NCBI GenBank assembly: GCA_951406725.2
Contig: OX597822.1
Location: 72,912,001-72,976,000, forward strand
Direction: 5' to 3'
DNA: 64,000 nt
DNA from: Octopus vulgaris
Taxonomy: Eukaryota
Shown here: in pieces, positions 42,330-57,610 of the stretch
Layout of the letters: each line of letters opens with the position of its first letter
How positions within the stretch are numbered: the first letter of the stretch is position 1
The notes under the pieces: model-generated
Told to the model about the DNA's origin: nothing
What the model saw: the letters and a program-made list of their open reading frames with translations, nothing else
Database searches by the model: none
Program-made: the position numbers and the translations under genes

Positions 42330-42569
42330 CTTGGCTAAATTTCGAACCTGGGTTCTCATTCCTAAGGTATTTTTTGATATCATTATTATACAGTATAAGC
42401 ATATACACATGTTGTTCAGTTACTACAACTAGCACCACCACCAACAACAACAACAACACCACTGCTACTACTACTACTGCTACTACTCTTTTCCTTCCGA
42501 AACGCGATATCCGTAGGCTTTATCAATTGTCTGTCTGCAACATGTTCTGTTTTTAAGTGTGCTGTGTAG

Positions 42570-42973
42570 CATACTCTTTTACTCTTTTATTTGTTTCAGT
42601 CATTTGACTGCGGCCATGCTGGAGCACCGCCTTTAATCGAGCAAATCGATTCCAGGACTTATTCTTTGTGAGCCTAGTACTTATTCTAACGGGCCCTTTT
42701 GCCGAACCGCTAAGTAACGGGGATGTAAACACACCAGCATCGGTTGTCAAGCGATGTTGGGGGGGAGGGGGCAAACACAGACATACAAACACATACACAC
42801 ACATACACACACATACACACACATATACATATATATACATATATACGATTGGCTTTCAGTTTCCCTCTACCAAATCCACTCACAAGGCTTTGGTTGCCCA
42901 AGTTGCCACGCAGTGGGACTGAACCCAGAACAGGTGGTTGGTAAGTAACTTACCACACAGTCACTCCTGCACC
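42570..42973 (-). mobile_element. Near full-length CORE-type SINE
   Basis: Reverse complement of the family, with internal CA/TA tract at 42775-42845. Confidence 0.88.
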
Positions 42974-43293
42974 TAACAGTTATTGAGTTGGCGTAGTAAA
43001 CTGTCATAGCTGCAGAAAACACAAAATGTCACAACGCCATATCACTGCTTCTGTCTTTGGTGGATCTCTTTTGCTAGAGTAGACAAAGAACAGACGTTTA
43101 AACTGACAATCAACACCATTAAGTCATCTAACCTTGGGTGTCGCATAAATCACTATTTATGTTTGTTTATGTCTTGAATCAAAGTTAAAAGGAGAATCAA
43201 TCGATTTTGCAGCGACTGCAGTTAGATTCATTATTTAAAAATAATGTCACTGTATACGCACACAAAAACTTGTGCGGACACAGAAATAAAGTG

Positions 43294-43435
<142 letters not shown>

Positions 43436-43457
43436 ATGTCTGTCTGTTTATCTAACA

Positions 43458-44733
43458 GTTCAGTTGTCCAGCAAGTTCTGAGCCTTTATTAAGTTAAATC
43501 TTTTAACACTTCATTGAACACACCTGAAATGCAACAGTTAAAACTTTGGCGTTGATTGAAACGGTAGTGCATTTCCTCTTTGCTCCTGACTAAAAACAGA
43601 TTTATCTTTCCTTCTTGTTACATTTTATTGACATTTGAAATAGATAACCAAAAATTTCATATTCGCGTTGTAATACTTTTCTCTTTTTTTTTTTAAACAG
43701 GAGAAAATGCTGCAAAGACTTGCAAAAACATTTGTGAAGTTTATGGTGATGATGCTGTAGCTGAATCAACTGTTCTAAGGTGGTTTGCAAAAGTTAAAAC
43801 TGGAGAGTTTATCGTAGAAGATGACAGTCCCGGCGGTGGAAGGTCTATAAAATTTGATGAAACTGTTTTGAAGACAAAAATCTCACATATTACGACTAGA
43901 CAACTTGCAGAGCAGTTGAAAGTTTCTAGAAGTACGGCTCATAAATACTTAGTGAGGCTATGATACATTTCTCGAATTTATGTATGAGACCTTCACAAAC
44001 TCTCAGAGAGGAAATTCTTGGACCGGTATTCCGTTTATGATATGGTTTCCAAACGGAATGAAAGCATGCCTTGTTTTAAACAACTTGTGACTGGAGATGT
44101 ATGAAAACGTACTGCGAAAATGATCCTGGAATTTGCGTAAGGATCTCCCATAACAATAACCAATGACGAATATCCATACCCCAAAAGCTATGCTTTGCTT
44201 TTGGTGGGAACATAAAGGCATTATTTATTATGAGCTTCTCTCACGAAACCAGATTATTAATTCTGATGGGTATTTTCATCAGCTGGCTAATTTGAACCCA
44301 AAAAATCAAAGAATTGAGGCCAAAGATTGCCAACAAGAAAGGAGTAGTGATCGAACAAGACAATGCCCGACCACATGTACCTCTGCTACCCGAATGAAGT
44401 TACATAAACTTGGCTGGAATCTCTTACCCCATCCACCATATCTTCCTGATATTGCACCATCCGACTACCGGTTGTTTTTGTTTCTACAGAACTCATCCAA
44501 GAAAAAACAATTAACGATTTAGATGAGGTCAAAATGCATCTAGATAATTTTTTTTTCTTCAAAAGCAGTTAAATATTATGCTGATAGAATATTTAAAATT
44601 GCCTGATAGATGGGCAAAAGTCATTAACAATAATGGAATTTAATTTTTTTAACACAATTTATTGAAAGGTCAATTATTTATATCCCTTTTTTGCATATCA
44701 ATAAACTCTCAGAACCTTCTAGATAATCTAATA
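43458..44733 (+). mobile_element. Near full-length decayed mariner
   Basis: ICEVYGDDA, LVTGDV, PKAMLCFWWEHKGIIYYELL, DNARPH, LPHPPYLPDIAPSDYRLF; degenerate TIRs agttgtccagcaagttctgag / ctcagaaccttctagataatct. Confidence 0.9.
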
Positions 44734-44761
44734 TCTATCTGTCTGTACGTATGTCTATCTG

Positions 44762-44832
<71 letters not shown>

Positions 44833-45999
44833 GTCTGTCTGTCTGTCAATATATCTACTTATCTATCGCTTTATCTATCTATCTGTCTGTCTATCTGTCT
44901 ATCTATCTCTGCCTATCTATTTGTCTGTCTATCTATATGTTTGACTGTCTATTTATCTATCTATCTGTCTTCCTATCTATCTTTCTATCTATATATGTAT
45001 CTATTTATCTATTTATCTATCTATCTGTTTATCTGTCTATGTATGTATGTATATATATATGTATGTACATATATATGTATGTATGCATGTATGTAAGTAT
45101 GTATGTTAACACAGCAGCCCTAGTGTTTTTGCTCGACATTATATAACGATCACACGAAAAAAGTGTGAGAAAATTACGTTGGAAAACTAATGAGAAACTT
45201 CAGAAGAAGTGGACTGCGATGATATATTCTGTGATAAGAACAAAAAAAAAACAGTAAAAATAAAGAGGAGAAATATTTCCGTGCAGAATAACAAAACTTC
45301 ATTAAACTCATTTAAATACAAATTGAACAGACGAATCAATAAATATAGGGAAGAGTCTTTGGATATTTGTAGAACTTTCATCGTTCTGATTGAAATTAGT
45401 ATATGAAAATTATTTTTAGTTTTCTAGATGTTAAAAAATAGAATTCATCAAGCTATGACAAGATTAGACGTGTTGCTATGACAACGTTTATCATGTATTA
45501 TAATATTGCGTCAGCGTTTGACAATTAGACAAACAAATTTGTGGAGAGACGTGAGCGTGGATGTGTGTATGTACGTATATGTTTGTGAATAAGTTAGACA
45601 TCACACATAATGCCACGTCTTTATAAACTTTTCTAATATGACAGCAAAAATAAAAAGTCTTGTATTTTATATTCTGCCCCATCATAACACAAAAAACATC
45701 TGTTTTGACATCAGTATCTATCGCTTATTTGTGAATAAACAGAAATTCACGTGTATTTATGTGTGTGCGTGTGTGTATGTATGCGCCTGTGTGTGCGCGC
45801 GCATATATATCTATGCATGTATGCAGTGATTAAATAAGCGGGTGAAGTCGAAACGTCAGTAATTTTTATTTCAACATGTTTCAATACAATCTAATACTTT
45901 CACCTATGCATGACACGTGCATGCATACATTCATCCATATGTGCGTGTATGTGGTGTAAGTGTAAGTGTGAGTGTGTGCGCGCTTGTGTATGTGTGTGA

Positions 46000-46053
<54 letters not shown>

Positions 46054-46173
46054 CACAGGCATCCTAATTTGTATACGAAGACCATCACTGAAAATTAACA
46101 GATCCGTACCAGATCCTACAAAACCGCATACACACATTTACGAAAGTAAATTCTAACAAGTGTATCTGAGATG

Positions 46174-46255
<82 letters not shown>

Positions 46256-46909
46256 AGTTTGCGCTTCCAATACTTTGGCAAAACTTCCCACCTGCACTGG
46301 ATCATATCCAATCTTCTATTATCAAGCTTTTCGTTGCTGTCTGGCGAGTCTAGTTTTGGTAAGACATATAAATAACAAAAATCCTGCAGACTGAGTTTAC
46401 ATAATTCACTTTAAAGATTTACTTTTCCATGCAGCTCGTTAAAATTCTGCATTTGAAATGCACGCTTTTTTAAAAATATAGCAACCCCAATCATATACAT
46501 TCGCCGTGTACTCCATTGGTGGGAATTGAAAACCTTTCATACCCATTTAAATTTATTTATTCCAAATGCTTTGAAAGAAGACATTAAACATCTTAAAGTA
46601 TTAGCCTTAATTTTTTACTGAGGTTTCTGTTCCTCTACAATAGAGTATCTGATACGAAATAGCTGTTACTTAATCTAAAACCTGCAGATTTTATGTACAT
46701 TTTCCTATCAACTTTTCAAGGTGGACAGCACTGCTCTCGTTTATGTTGTGATGGTAAAATATTGCAACCTCTACCCAGAAGCTTGTTGCTTTAACTCTTT
46801 TTTCTCGTCGCTTCAAATTTTAGATATATAGTAAAGGTGTAATAATGCAACCAGCTCTGATTTTATTCGTTTTTTGACATACAGATCCTGAATGTAAAAT
46901 ACATGAAAT

Positions 46910-47377
46910 GGATCTTTTCGGTTTGAACGGCAGTTTTTTTCTAGCGGTGTCATATGAAATTGTCACCCATAATTATGACCCTAGTATCGATCTATTGCAT
47001 TTCAATCTGTTTTAGGGTTAGAGTTAGCTAGGGTTAGTTAGGGATAAGGTTAGGGTTAGGGTTAGGGTTAGGGTTAGGGTGGAGGGAAGGGTATCTTTTT
47101 TTCTTCAGAAATGTAAATAAACTCAATCTGTTTCTTAAACGAGGGACATATTCGTACGACACAGAATGTTTCCACCTCAATAGACGTCAGTGATTGGTTG
47201 AAATTGGAAAAATTGAAGAAAAAACAACAACAAATATCTTACAAACTATATAATTTTCTCAATAAAGCCAAGAGAAAAAGATATTTTATGAACATATTCT
47301 ACCAGTATACAAACTTTAAAAGTGTTTAGTTACGTGGAAATTATTTTTAAAAAATGCCATTCGAACCGAAGAGATCC
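46910..47377. mobile_element. 468-bp MITE with 8-bp TSD and internal (TTAGGG)n
   Basis: TIRs ggatcttttcggtttgaacggcagttttt / aaaaaatgccattcgaaccgaagagatcc; TSD CATGAAAT (46902-09) / CATGAAGT (47378-85); TTAGGG units at ~47012-47080. Confidence 0.9.
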
Positions 47378-49939
47378 CATGAAGTAAATACTTTAACTAT
47401 TTACTTACATGCCCCACATTTTCTTTCAGGCTATTAATTCAATATAAGCGTACGTGATATTGCGTCAAAGCTTCCAATTCGGAGTGACCGTAAAATGTCA
47501 CTACGTCCACTTAGAAGGTTCTTGCTTTCACTCCTTGTTTTACAGTCTCAACTTTTAGATATACAGTCAAAAATTAATTATGCAATCGTCACTGATTGTT
47601 TTTTCGAGAAACGGTGATGATGGGAATGTTTTTTCATGTTTGCCGCAGGAACAGCTACTTCAGTAAGCAGATAAACAAAACTAATTAATGAAATAAAACT
47701 TATCAGGTACTAATGAACATTCTGGAATTTTAGAATATGTGATTCACATACATTAAGCGTGTGTTATATGCATAAGTTATGTCGATATATTTATGGCTTC
47801 AAAACCATTTGGAGAGACATAAATATCTTTATCTCTGTTAAACTTACGCACAAAAACTATATCGTGTGGCGTCATCTACGTTTGTATTGATTACAACACT
47901 TAGAAAAGCATACGCACTCAGAAATATCAATTTGCGAACCCAAAATGTAAATACGTGACTGACTGTGTGCGTGCGAGCGCGTATGTTTGTATATTTATGC
48001 AGATATGTATGTATACATATTTATAAATGCATGTATTTTTCTTCTTAATTCTATATTTCTCACCCCTTCTCTATCTATTATATATTGTACGCACATATTT
48101 GTGTATATGTGTGTGTGTGATCGTGTGCATGTGTCTGTGTGTGTGTGTAAAACTTAATCTGAATAACGATTAATTATAATCAAAGAGACCATGACTAATT
48201 TCCGGCTCATCGCTGTAAAAATTAAGGACTTATCTTGGAAAGAACACAAACACAAAGCTGAAGATCCAAAATCGGTATAAAATTTGCTCGCTACAAGAAA
48301 AGAAGTCTAAGAATATCTTGTGATTTTAGCTGTTGTCTTTCATTGGAGTAAGGAAAAAAACTAAGAACATTAGAAAACGCATTAGTTAACATTCATGTTC
48401 AAAATATTTTCCAACACGAATCGTAACTAACACACACGTGTTGCCGTTTCTTATACTCTTTTTCTGTTTCAAGGAAGACCAATAGTACTAAACGTATGAT
48501 GCAAGGTAAAAGTGTTTTGGGAAATTTGGTAGTAGGCCTTGGCATTCAGACTCATACACTGACGCAAAAAAACTCAATAATGATTCTCCAGAAAATATCT
48601 CTAATGTAAGGTGTGTCACTGTAGGGATCCTGCCTAATGCCCTTTCACTAGCCACTGTTTCAGAACTCATTAAATATATAAATGCTCAGTTATGACATCG
48701 AATAAAGTAAACTCTATTAAAGATGAAAAAGCACTTAGCACCTTATTAGCTAAATTAATTGGGGAACTCAAATGAAGATAATTCATTATTCCATACTGTG
48801 GTTAATTATACGCTCTGCACGTCAAGATAAAGTTGTTGGGATAGATTCGATTGTATTCTGTGTCACAAGGGATCTTTAAATATGAGTCTAATTTAATAAA
48901 CCGACATGATGAATTATTGTTCAGGTGTTGCCATCGATTTAATAAAACACTCTTAAAAATTCCGATTAACCGACTTAATTGAACTAAATTATGCTATGAA
49001 TAACGTCGTTATTCTTCTTACTAATTTTCACTTCATCAATGGTAAATTTATGTAACGTCCATTATATCTTGAAACTCCCTGCATTAATAATTCCCTACGT
49101 AACTAATTGAAATATTTAGTCTATTGGTAAGTGATCAAAGCCTCTCTGTTCATAATTATGAACAATATCCTTTACATTTACTTTAGCAGACAGTTCTTCC
49201 CCTTATAGTTTAGAAATATTTTAATCTTGGTGTGTTTCCTTTACGCCTTTTAACTCTCGATTTAAGGCACTATTCTGAGAGTAGAAGTAAACTTCAGCTT
49301 CTTCGAGCATTTCCGCTTCCATTCCTAACTTATCTCTGCATCAATAGTATGAGTGCAATAAAAGAATCGTTTTCTGATCTGTCATCATGTTGTAGACCTG
49401 AGCAGTTACACTAGACTTAGTATGGGGAATTACTAAGAAAATCTGTGTATAGTCTCCCCCTCCACTGAATTTCTGATAACCCGCTGCTTCTAACTTATAA
49501 CTTTGCCTTCTATATCCGACATTCCTAATTATATTAAATAGCCCGATATCTGATATAAAGGGCAGTATCAAACTTAGTTTTACCACACATAAATTAGTTT
49601 GAAGGAATGACTAGTGAAATTTAATTATAAACTTGTATGGATTTGCATAATTCATATTAATAGCCCCTAAGAGAATTCATATAAAAAAGCACTTCCAATT
49701 ACTAAAACGGGCATCATTAATTAAAAAATGAAATACCGTCATCTTCAATAATCTATTGGTTAATTTAATGCTATACGACGAATGTATAAACCACATAAGC
49801 GGTAATTTTTTCGGAATATTCAGTTGAATGGAATGTTATTTGGATTAACTGAATAAGTTTTTCTGATTACTTTACCTGTACAATACACTATTCGTGTGTG
49901 CTAAGTGTTTGCCAGGACTTACTAAGTCCCCATTTTCCA

Positions 49940-51910
<1,971 letters not shown>

Positions 51911-52348
51911 CGCTTGTTCCTGTGTCTATATCCATTTGCGTATATGTAGCTACATGCATAATTTGTGTTTTCCTTAATTAAAGCTCCACATAAAAAAAAT
52001 AGTTAGTAATAATAAAGTTTATCACCCGATGTTATAGGCTAGTAATAATAGCCAGCTTTACCTTTATGTCGTATGTGTTTGACTGTATGCTTGTGAATGT
52101 GTGTATGTGTTTGTGTGTGTGTGTGTCTGTGTGTGCGTGTGTGTGTTTGTGTGTCTGCATGAACTGATATGATTGACATGGCAAAAGGCGTTACGCAATA
52201 AACTATAGCTTATATGTGGGACTACATAGAATGCAGCAATCTATTGCGACAATGGTCAGGTCAGTGCAATAGAAAGACCGTCGTATACATCTTCAGAACT
52301 ACGATTTTCCTGTTTTTATATATATGATGTGTGTGTGTGTGTGTGTGT

Positions 52349-52600
52349 GGAGGCGCGTGGCCTAGTGGTTAGGGTGTCACCAACATGATCATAAGATTGT
52401 GGCTTCGATTCCTGGACCGGGCGACCCGTTGTGCTCTTGAGCAAAACACTTCATTTCACGTTGCTCCAGTCCACCCAGCTGGCAAAAATTAGTAACGCTG
52501 CGATGGACTGGCGTCCCATCCAGCTAGGGAACACATACGCCATAGAAACCGGGAAACCGGGCCCATGAGCCTGGCTAGGCTTTAAAAGTGCGCATTTATT
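52349..52600 (+). mobile_element. tRNA-derived Meta-like SINE lying between 42-bp inverted arms
   Basis: ggaggcgcgtggcctagtggttaggg A box, ttcgattcc B box; arms 52273-52314 / 52635-52676. Confidence 0.88.
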
Positions 52601-52769
52601 ATATATATATAAACAATTATGTAAACATTTATATAACAGGAAAATCGTAGTTCTCAAGATGTATACGACGCTCTTTGTATATATATAGTTGAAATTTACA
52701 GAAAGATAAAAGATAAAGACAGGTGTACAAACAAATATATATATATGTGTGTGTATGTATTTATGTATG

Positions 52770-52985
52770 TATCTGTCTCTGTATCTGTGTTTGTTCACCA
52801 CTTCTGCTGGACAACCGATGTCGGTATGTTTACGTCCTCAAAAGAGATCGATGGTATAAGTATCACGCTTTAAAAGGAAAAAAAAGCTACACTTGTCAAT
52901 TCGTTCGACTAAAATCTTTGAAGGCAGTGCCCCAGCATGGCCGCAGTCTAATGACTGAGACAAGTAAAAGATAAAAAATAAAAGA
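52770..52985 (+). mobile_element. CORE-type SINE 3' half (a similar relic lies at 54530-54740)
   Basis: gacaaccgatgtcggtatgtttacgtcc...cagcatggccgcagtctaatgactgagacaagtaaaag. Confidence 0.7.
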
Positions 52986-53249
52986 AGATACACACATACG
53001 GACACACGCACACACACTCACATAGAAACCGCGAGCGCACTCACACACACACCTGTACCAGGTGTCTTTACCCTCCGTGCAAAGATTTCTCTAAACCTAC
53101 AATAATTCTTAACTATCAGCCAATCAACAAAACGAAAAAAATTATCATTTATTATTAACTCGTTAATCCCTGACATTAAGCTTTCTGTGAATCTAAAGTA
53201 TGTAACGGTAAGATGCTGTACATTTGTTGCGGAGTAAAACAATAATAAT

Positions 53250-53900
53250 TTCTGTTATAGGTAGAAGGCCTGAAGTTACGAGGTAGTGAAATATTCAGTG
53301 CTCAGCTGGTACTTACTTCATCAAAATCAATGCTCAACTGGTACTTATTTTATCGAATCCGAAAGGATGAAAGACAGTGTTCCTCGGTGGAATTTTAACT
53401 CAGAATTTAAGGTCAGAAGAAATTCTGCCAAGAATTTTGTCCGGCGTGGTAACGACTCTTTTCTAATCTAGGCACAAAGTTCGAAATTTGGTGGGAGGAG
53501 ACCAGTCGATTAGATCGACCCCATTACGCAACTGATACTTAATTTATCGACCCCGAAAGGATGAAAGACAAAGTCGACCTCGGCGGAATTTGAATTGAGA
53601 ACGTAAAAACAGTCGAAATACCACTAAGCATTTCGCCCGGCGTGGTAACGATTCTGCCAGCCCGTTCGCCTTCGAGTAAACCGTAACATTGATTCCAGAT
53701 TTTGGCACTAGTTGAGCTACTTCGGGGTGGAGATTGAGTCGATTAAATCGACCCCAGTGCTCGACGGTCACGCATTTGCTTTATCGGCTCCGAAAGGATG
53801 AAAAGCAAAGTCAATATTGGCGGAATTGGAAATTAGAAATTGAAGGCCAGAGGAACTTTCGCTAACCATTTTGCCCGGCGTTCTAACGATCCTGCCAGCC
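53250..53900 (-). mobile_element. Tandem cluster of three Nin-type SINE units
   Basis: ccgaaaggatgaaa.ac/gcaaagtc at ~53360, ~53552 and ~53790. Confidence 0.8.
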
Positions 53901-54486
53901 CGTTTCAGTTCAAGTAAAATGTAATAATGAAACAATAAAATAATAATTGCACACAGCGTCGACTATATGAATCGACTCCATTCCTATCTATTTATTTTAT
54001 ATGGTTGCAGGATTGAGTGTGTGATAAGGAGCTTGCTTCAAACTACATAGTTCTAAGCACACACTCACATACACACACAAGCACAGGCGCACACCCACAC
54101 GTTTCTCTCCCGCTTTCTCTTTCTCTCTCAGCTATGTTGTGTGAGTGAACAAACATATTTCCCCATGGAGAGGATGCTACTCTATTGTAGCTCTATTCGT
54201 CACTTCCTATTAAACAATAACAACAGCAAACTGTTTGCTCAAAGAGAAAGAATGGTAGAGTGAATTAGGGAGGTAGAAAGAGGTAGAAAGGAAGAGAGCT
54301 AAAGAGAGAGAGAGAAATACATAGAGAGAACTAGAGAGAGAGAGAAGAGGACACAGGTGCTCCTTAAAGTAAGTATGGAATTGGTTATGAAGGCAGCATT
54401 GTGTGGACGCGGGACATATCTCCTCCAGGCTAAAACATCAGTTTGTCACACCTGTCGTTTCTCCCAAGATGTGAGACCTATTGCCT

Positions 54487-54525
<39 letters not shown>

Positions 54526-56339
54526 TGTCTGTGTCAGTGTTTGTGCCTGTGTTTCTCACCCCCAACACAGCACTTGACAAACGGTATTGGTTTGTTTACG
54601 TCCCCGTAGGCTACTGGGTCAGCAAAAGTAAGGGATATAAATAATGGGCGCCAGGCTTTTAAAAAAATGCTAGAATCGATTCGTTCGACTAAAGATTCTT
54701 TAAAATTCTTCTTATAACTGAAACAACTAAAAGATTAAAAGACAACATATATGCATATATGCGCATGAGTGTGTGTGTGTGCGTATGTGTGTATGTATGT
54801 GTGCGTGCGTGTGTGTGTGTGTGTGCTTTGCTTTCGTATGTACACTTGTCTATATGTGTGTGTGTTGGTCATGCGTTTCCGAAAAATTGAGTATGTGAAC
54901 TAAACTTTTGGGAGTCTATAAATGTCAATAATGACATGGCACTTGTGACAATTCAGATTGAGGAATTTCACATCGGGAAGTGAGAGCGCGTGTTTGTAAA
55001 TAGATAGAGTGGGGAAGATAGAGACGGAGATAGGTGTATGCATATATGAGTTATAGCCTTAATAGTTCTGTCTATGCTGCATGCTCATATGATTGAAGCA
55101 ATTTCAGATAGAGATGGCGGCAGAAAAGAAATTCTATCCTATCTGTTTCACTTATTATACAACTATATATAATAGAAAATGACAGCGACATTAACGACGT
55201 TGAAATTGCCTTGTTTATATTAAACTTGACTTATGAGGCATTCTGCCTCCTGATGAAAACAGCAGAATTGTTATGTAAGCGATATATGTTGATTAGTAAG
55301 TGCTGTCACGAAAATAAATATCACCTAGATGATGACAATACAATTATAAGTTCAGTTTAGCTGATAAATGTAAAGCCACTAAAACAGAAGCTTACAAATA
55401 TAAGTAGGAGAAGCATTGATAATATCGACTGAAGGGAGCTTCCCTTCCCCAGCAAACCCAGTCTGTATATAATATTCATGGGCATTCATATGAAACACAG
55501 AGTGATGCAATATTCTGAGCTGAAAGAAGTAACTCAAATACGAAACGTCTACTCTACTTATAGCAATGAGTTCCCACTCTATTAAAAATTACTGCAATCG
55601 AAACAATAACTGAAATTTCACAAACACATACACACACACGCACAAGGACAAATATATATATACACATGCAAGCATACGTTCATACATACACACATATCTA
55701 TGTGGCGTATTTAGTGGCCTGTAAGGAGCACATTTTTAGGTCTTATAGGCCATGAAATACCTCTCAAAAATATCATCCTATTGGTCCCCCAAAAGGCCGA
55801 TGTTTTTCCTAATATGTTAGTATGTGCTGCTGAAATTGGGGTGCATATGACAAAGCCCATCCGTCAGTACTGTCGTCAAATATGGTATATTGTGTCTGCC
55901 TATATGTATCTCGCATATATGTATAGAATGCTGAAAGAGAGAGAGCGTGTATATGTGTGCATGCTTGTTCATTTACTATGTGTATATGCATGTATGGGTG
56001 TACGTGCGTGTATGTGTGTTCAACATGGTGGTTCTAGCTTCGAACGTGCTTCTACTGCTCTGAGTGAAATTGATTTGGTCTCACAGAAATTTATCGCAAC
56101 AAAATCTAATATTTCGAAGACAAACATAAGTTTAAGTAAAATTATCTTTTGTAAATCGTTATCACAGTATTCTGTCCACGTTTCCAGCCTCAATACCTAG
56201 ATTATCTAAATTTAGTTTGGACGAAGCATATGTGATTAGAAATTAAAAACGTTATAAAGAGAATATTATATACATACCGGTATATTTGTATGTATGTAAG
56301 TACGTATGTATGCATGTGTCTATCTATCTATTCATACAT

Positions 56340-56392
<53 letters not shown>

Positions 56393-56438
56393 TACACACA
56401 CATATATACATATCGTATATGTGTGGTTACGTGTGTAC

Positions 56439-56469
<31 letters not shown>

Positions 56470-56474
56470 AAAAC

Positions 56475-56525
<51 letters not shown>

Positions 56526-56691
56526 AAATAGTGGCACAAAAAGGTACCAAATGTTGCTTGAAATAGTAGTCGATAACCGTTCTACGCTAAGTAAAGCTTC
56601 GCTGAATGTTTAGAGGCAAAGATAAGTGCGGGCAGCAAATATAAAAAGAATTCGTCTTAATTCTAGGAAGAATGCCAGAAAAATGGACTAT

Positions 56692-56762
56692 CTAGTATTT
56701 GCGTTTCGAAATTACTCAGAATATGTTTGGTATCGTAAAAGTGTTTGGTCCTCGTCAGCTAG
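56692..56762 (-). ncRNA. Hammerhead motif, left arm (decayed)
   Basis: Minus strand: CTAG-CTGACGA-GGACC..(long loop)..TTTC-GAAA-CGCAAA-TA-CTAG. Confidence 0.7.
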
Positions 56763-56884
56763 GTCTACCGAAGAGAATGGATTTATTTTTTCACTGATGT
56801 CGATTCTGTTTATGGCTGGTGTTGTTAGCCGAGTATACAGGCATTGATGCAGTGGATATTTTAAATATAGTCTCTTCGGTAGGA

Positions 56885-56954
56885 CTACCTGATGAGGAAC
56901 AATCAGTTTTACGATAACAAACCTATTCTGAAAAGTTCGAAACTCGAGCACTAG
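56885..56954 (+). ncRNA. Hammerhead motif, right arm (decayed)
   Basis: CTAC-CTGATGA-G-GAAC..(34 nt)..GTTC-GAAA-CTCGAG-CA-CTAG; palindromic stem III, U16.1 replaced by C. Confidence 0.7.
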
Positions 56955-57289
56955 GTTGTTCATTTCTCTGGGGTACTTCCTAAAAGAAAGACGAAATTTT
57001 TCTATATGCGCCGCCTGAGCTCATTTTTGCCTCTGTACATTCAGTGAAGCTTTACCCAGAGTCGAACGGCTATCGCCTGATATTTCTAGTGTAATCTGGT
57101 AACTTGATGTGCCACTATTTCCTATTTATGATTGTGCATTTACGGTGCTATATCTCAATGGAAAATAATATTATTGTATTGTAATAATAATAATAAGAAG
57201 AATATATATATATGCAAGGTGAATGCTGCCATAATCGTCACGTTGAGTTGTTTTTTTTATGTAACAGGGAGTTTTGTCGGTCTCTCGCT

Positions 57290-57467
57290 CACCTGCACCT
57301 CACATGTAGAAAGCAAGGGGTTTGTAGTCTGAGGAGTTGGGAGGCCAGATGTTAGGGGTCATGTGGTCGCAGAAATTGTCTGACAGGCATGAGTGTGTTA
57401 CCCTGCTTGTGCTTGTGTGACATGTTGCAGTGTCCTGTTTCCAGTCACAGTGTCTTCCAGCACCCTG
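57290..57467 (-). mobile_element. Tc1/mariner-superfamily catalytic fragment (maT/DD37D-like)
   Basis: WKQDTATCHTS...SDNFCDHMTPNIWPPNSSDYKPLAFY (cf. QQDxAPxH...WPPxSPDxNPLDY). Confidence 0.7.
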
Positions 57468-57610
57468 TATATGTATGTATGCATGTATGTATGTATGTAT
57501 GTATGTATGTATGTATGTATGTATGTATGTATGTATGTATGTATGTATGTATGTATGGATGGATGGATGCATGTATGTATGTATGTATGTATGTATCTAT
57601 CTATCTATCT

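Larger units (their letters stand above)
56521..57200. mobile_element. Fold-back Penelope-like pLTR/retrozyme unit with a hammerhead in each arm
   Basis: 56521-~56790 aligns as a diverged reverse complement of ~56860-57125 (ataggaaatagtggcac / gtgccactatttcctat); ~75-nt tail; TA repeats on both sides. Confidence 0.82.

Noticed and set aside
45845-45862. CGAAACGTC hammerhead 3' half
   Set aside because: No CTGAnGA upstream.
47012-47088. True telomere or chromosome-fusion site
   Set aside because: Short, single orientation, and enclosed by MITE TIRs and TSD.
48440-49700. Possible decayed LINE or exon
   Set aside because: No recognisable protein motif.
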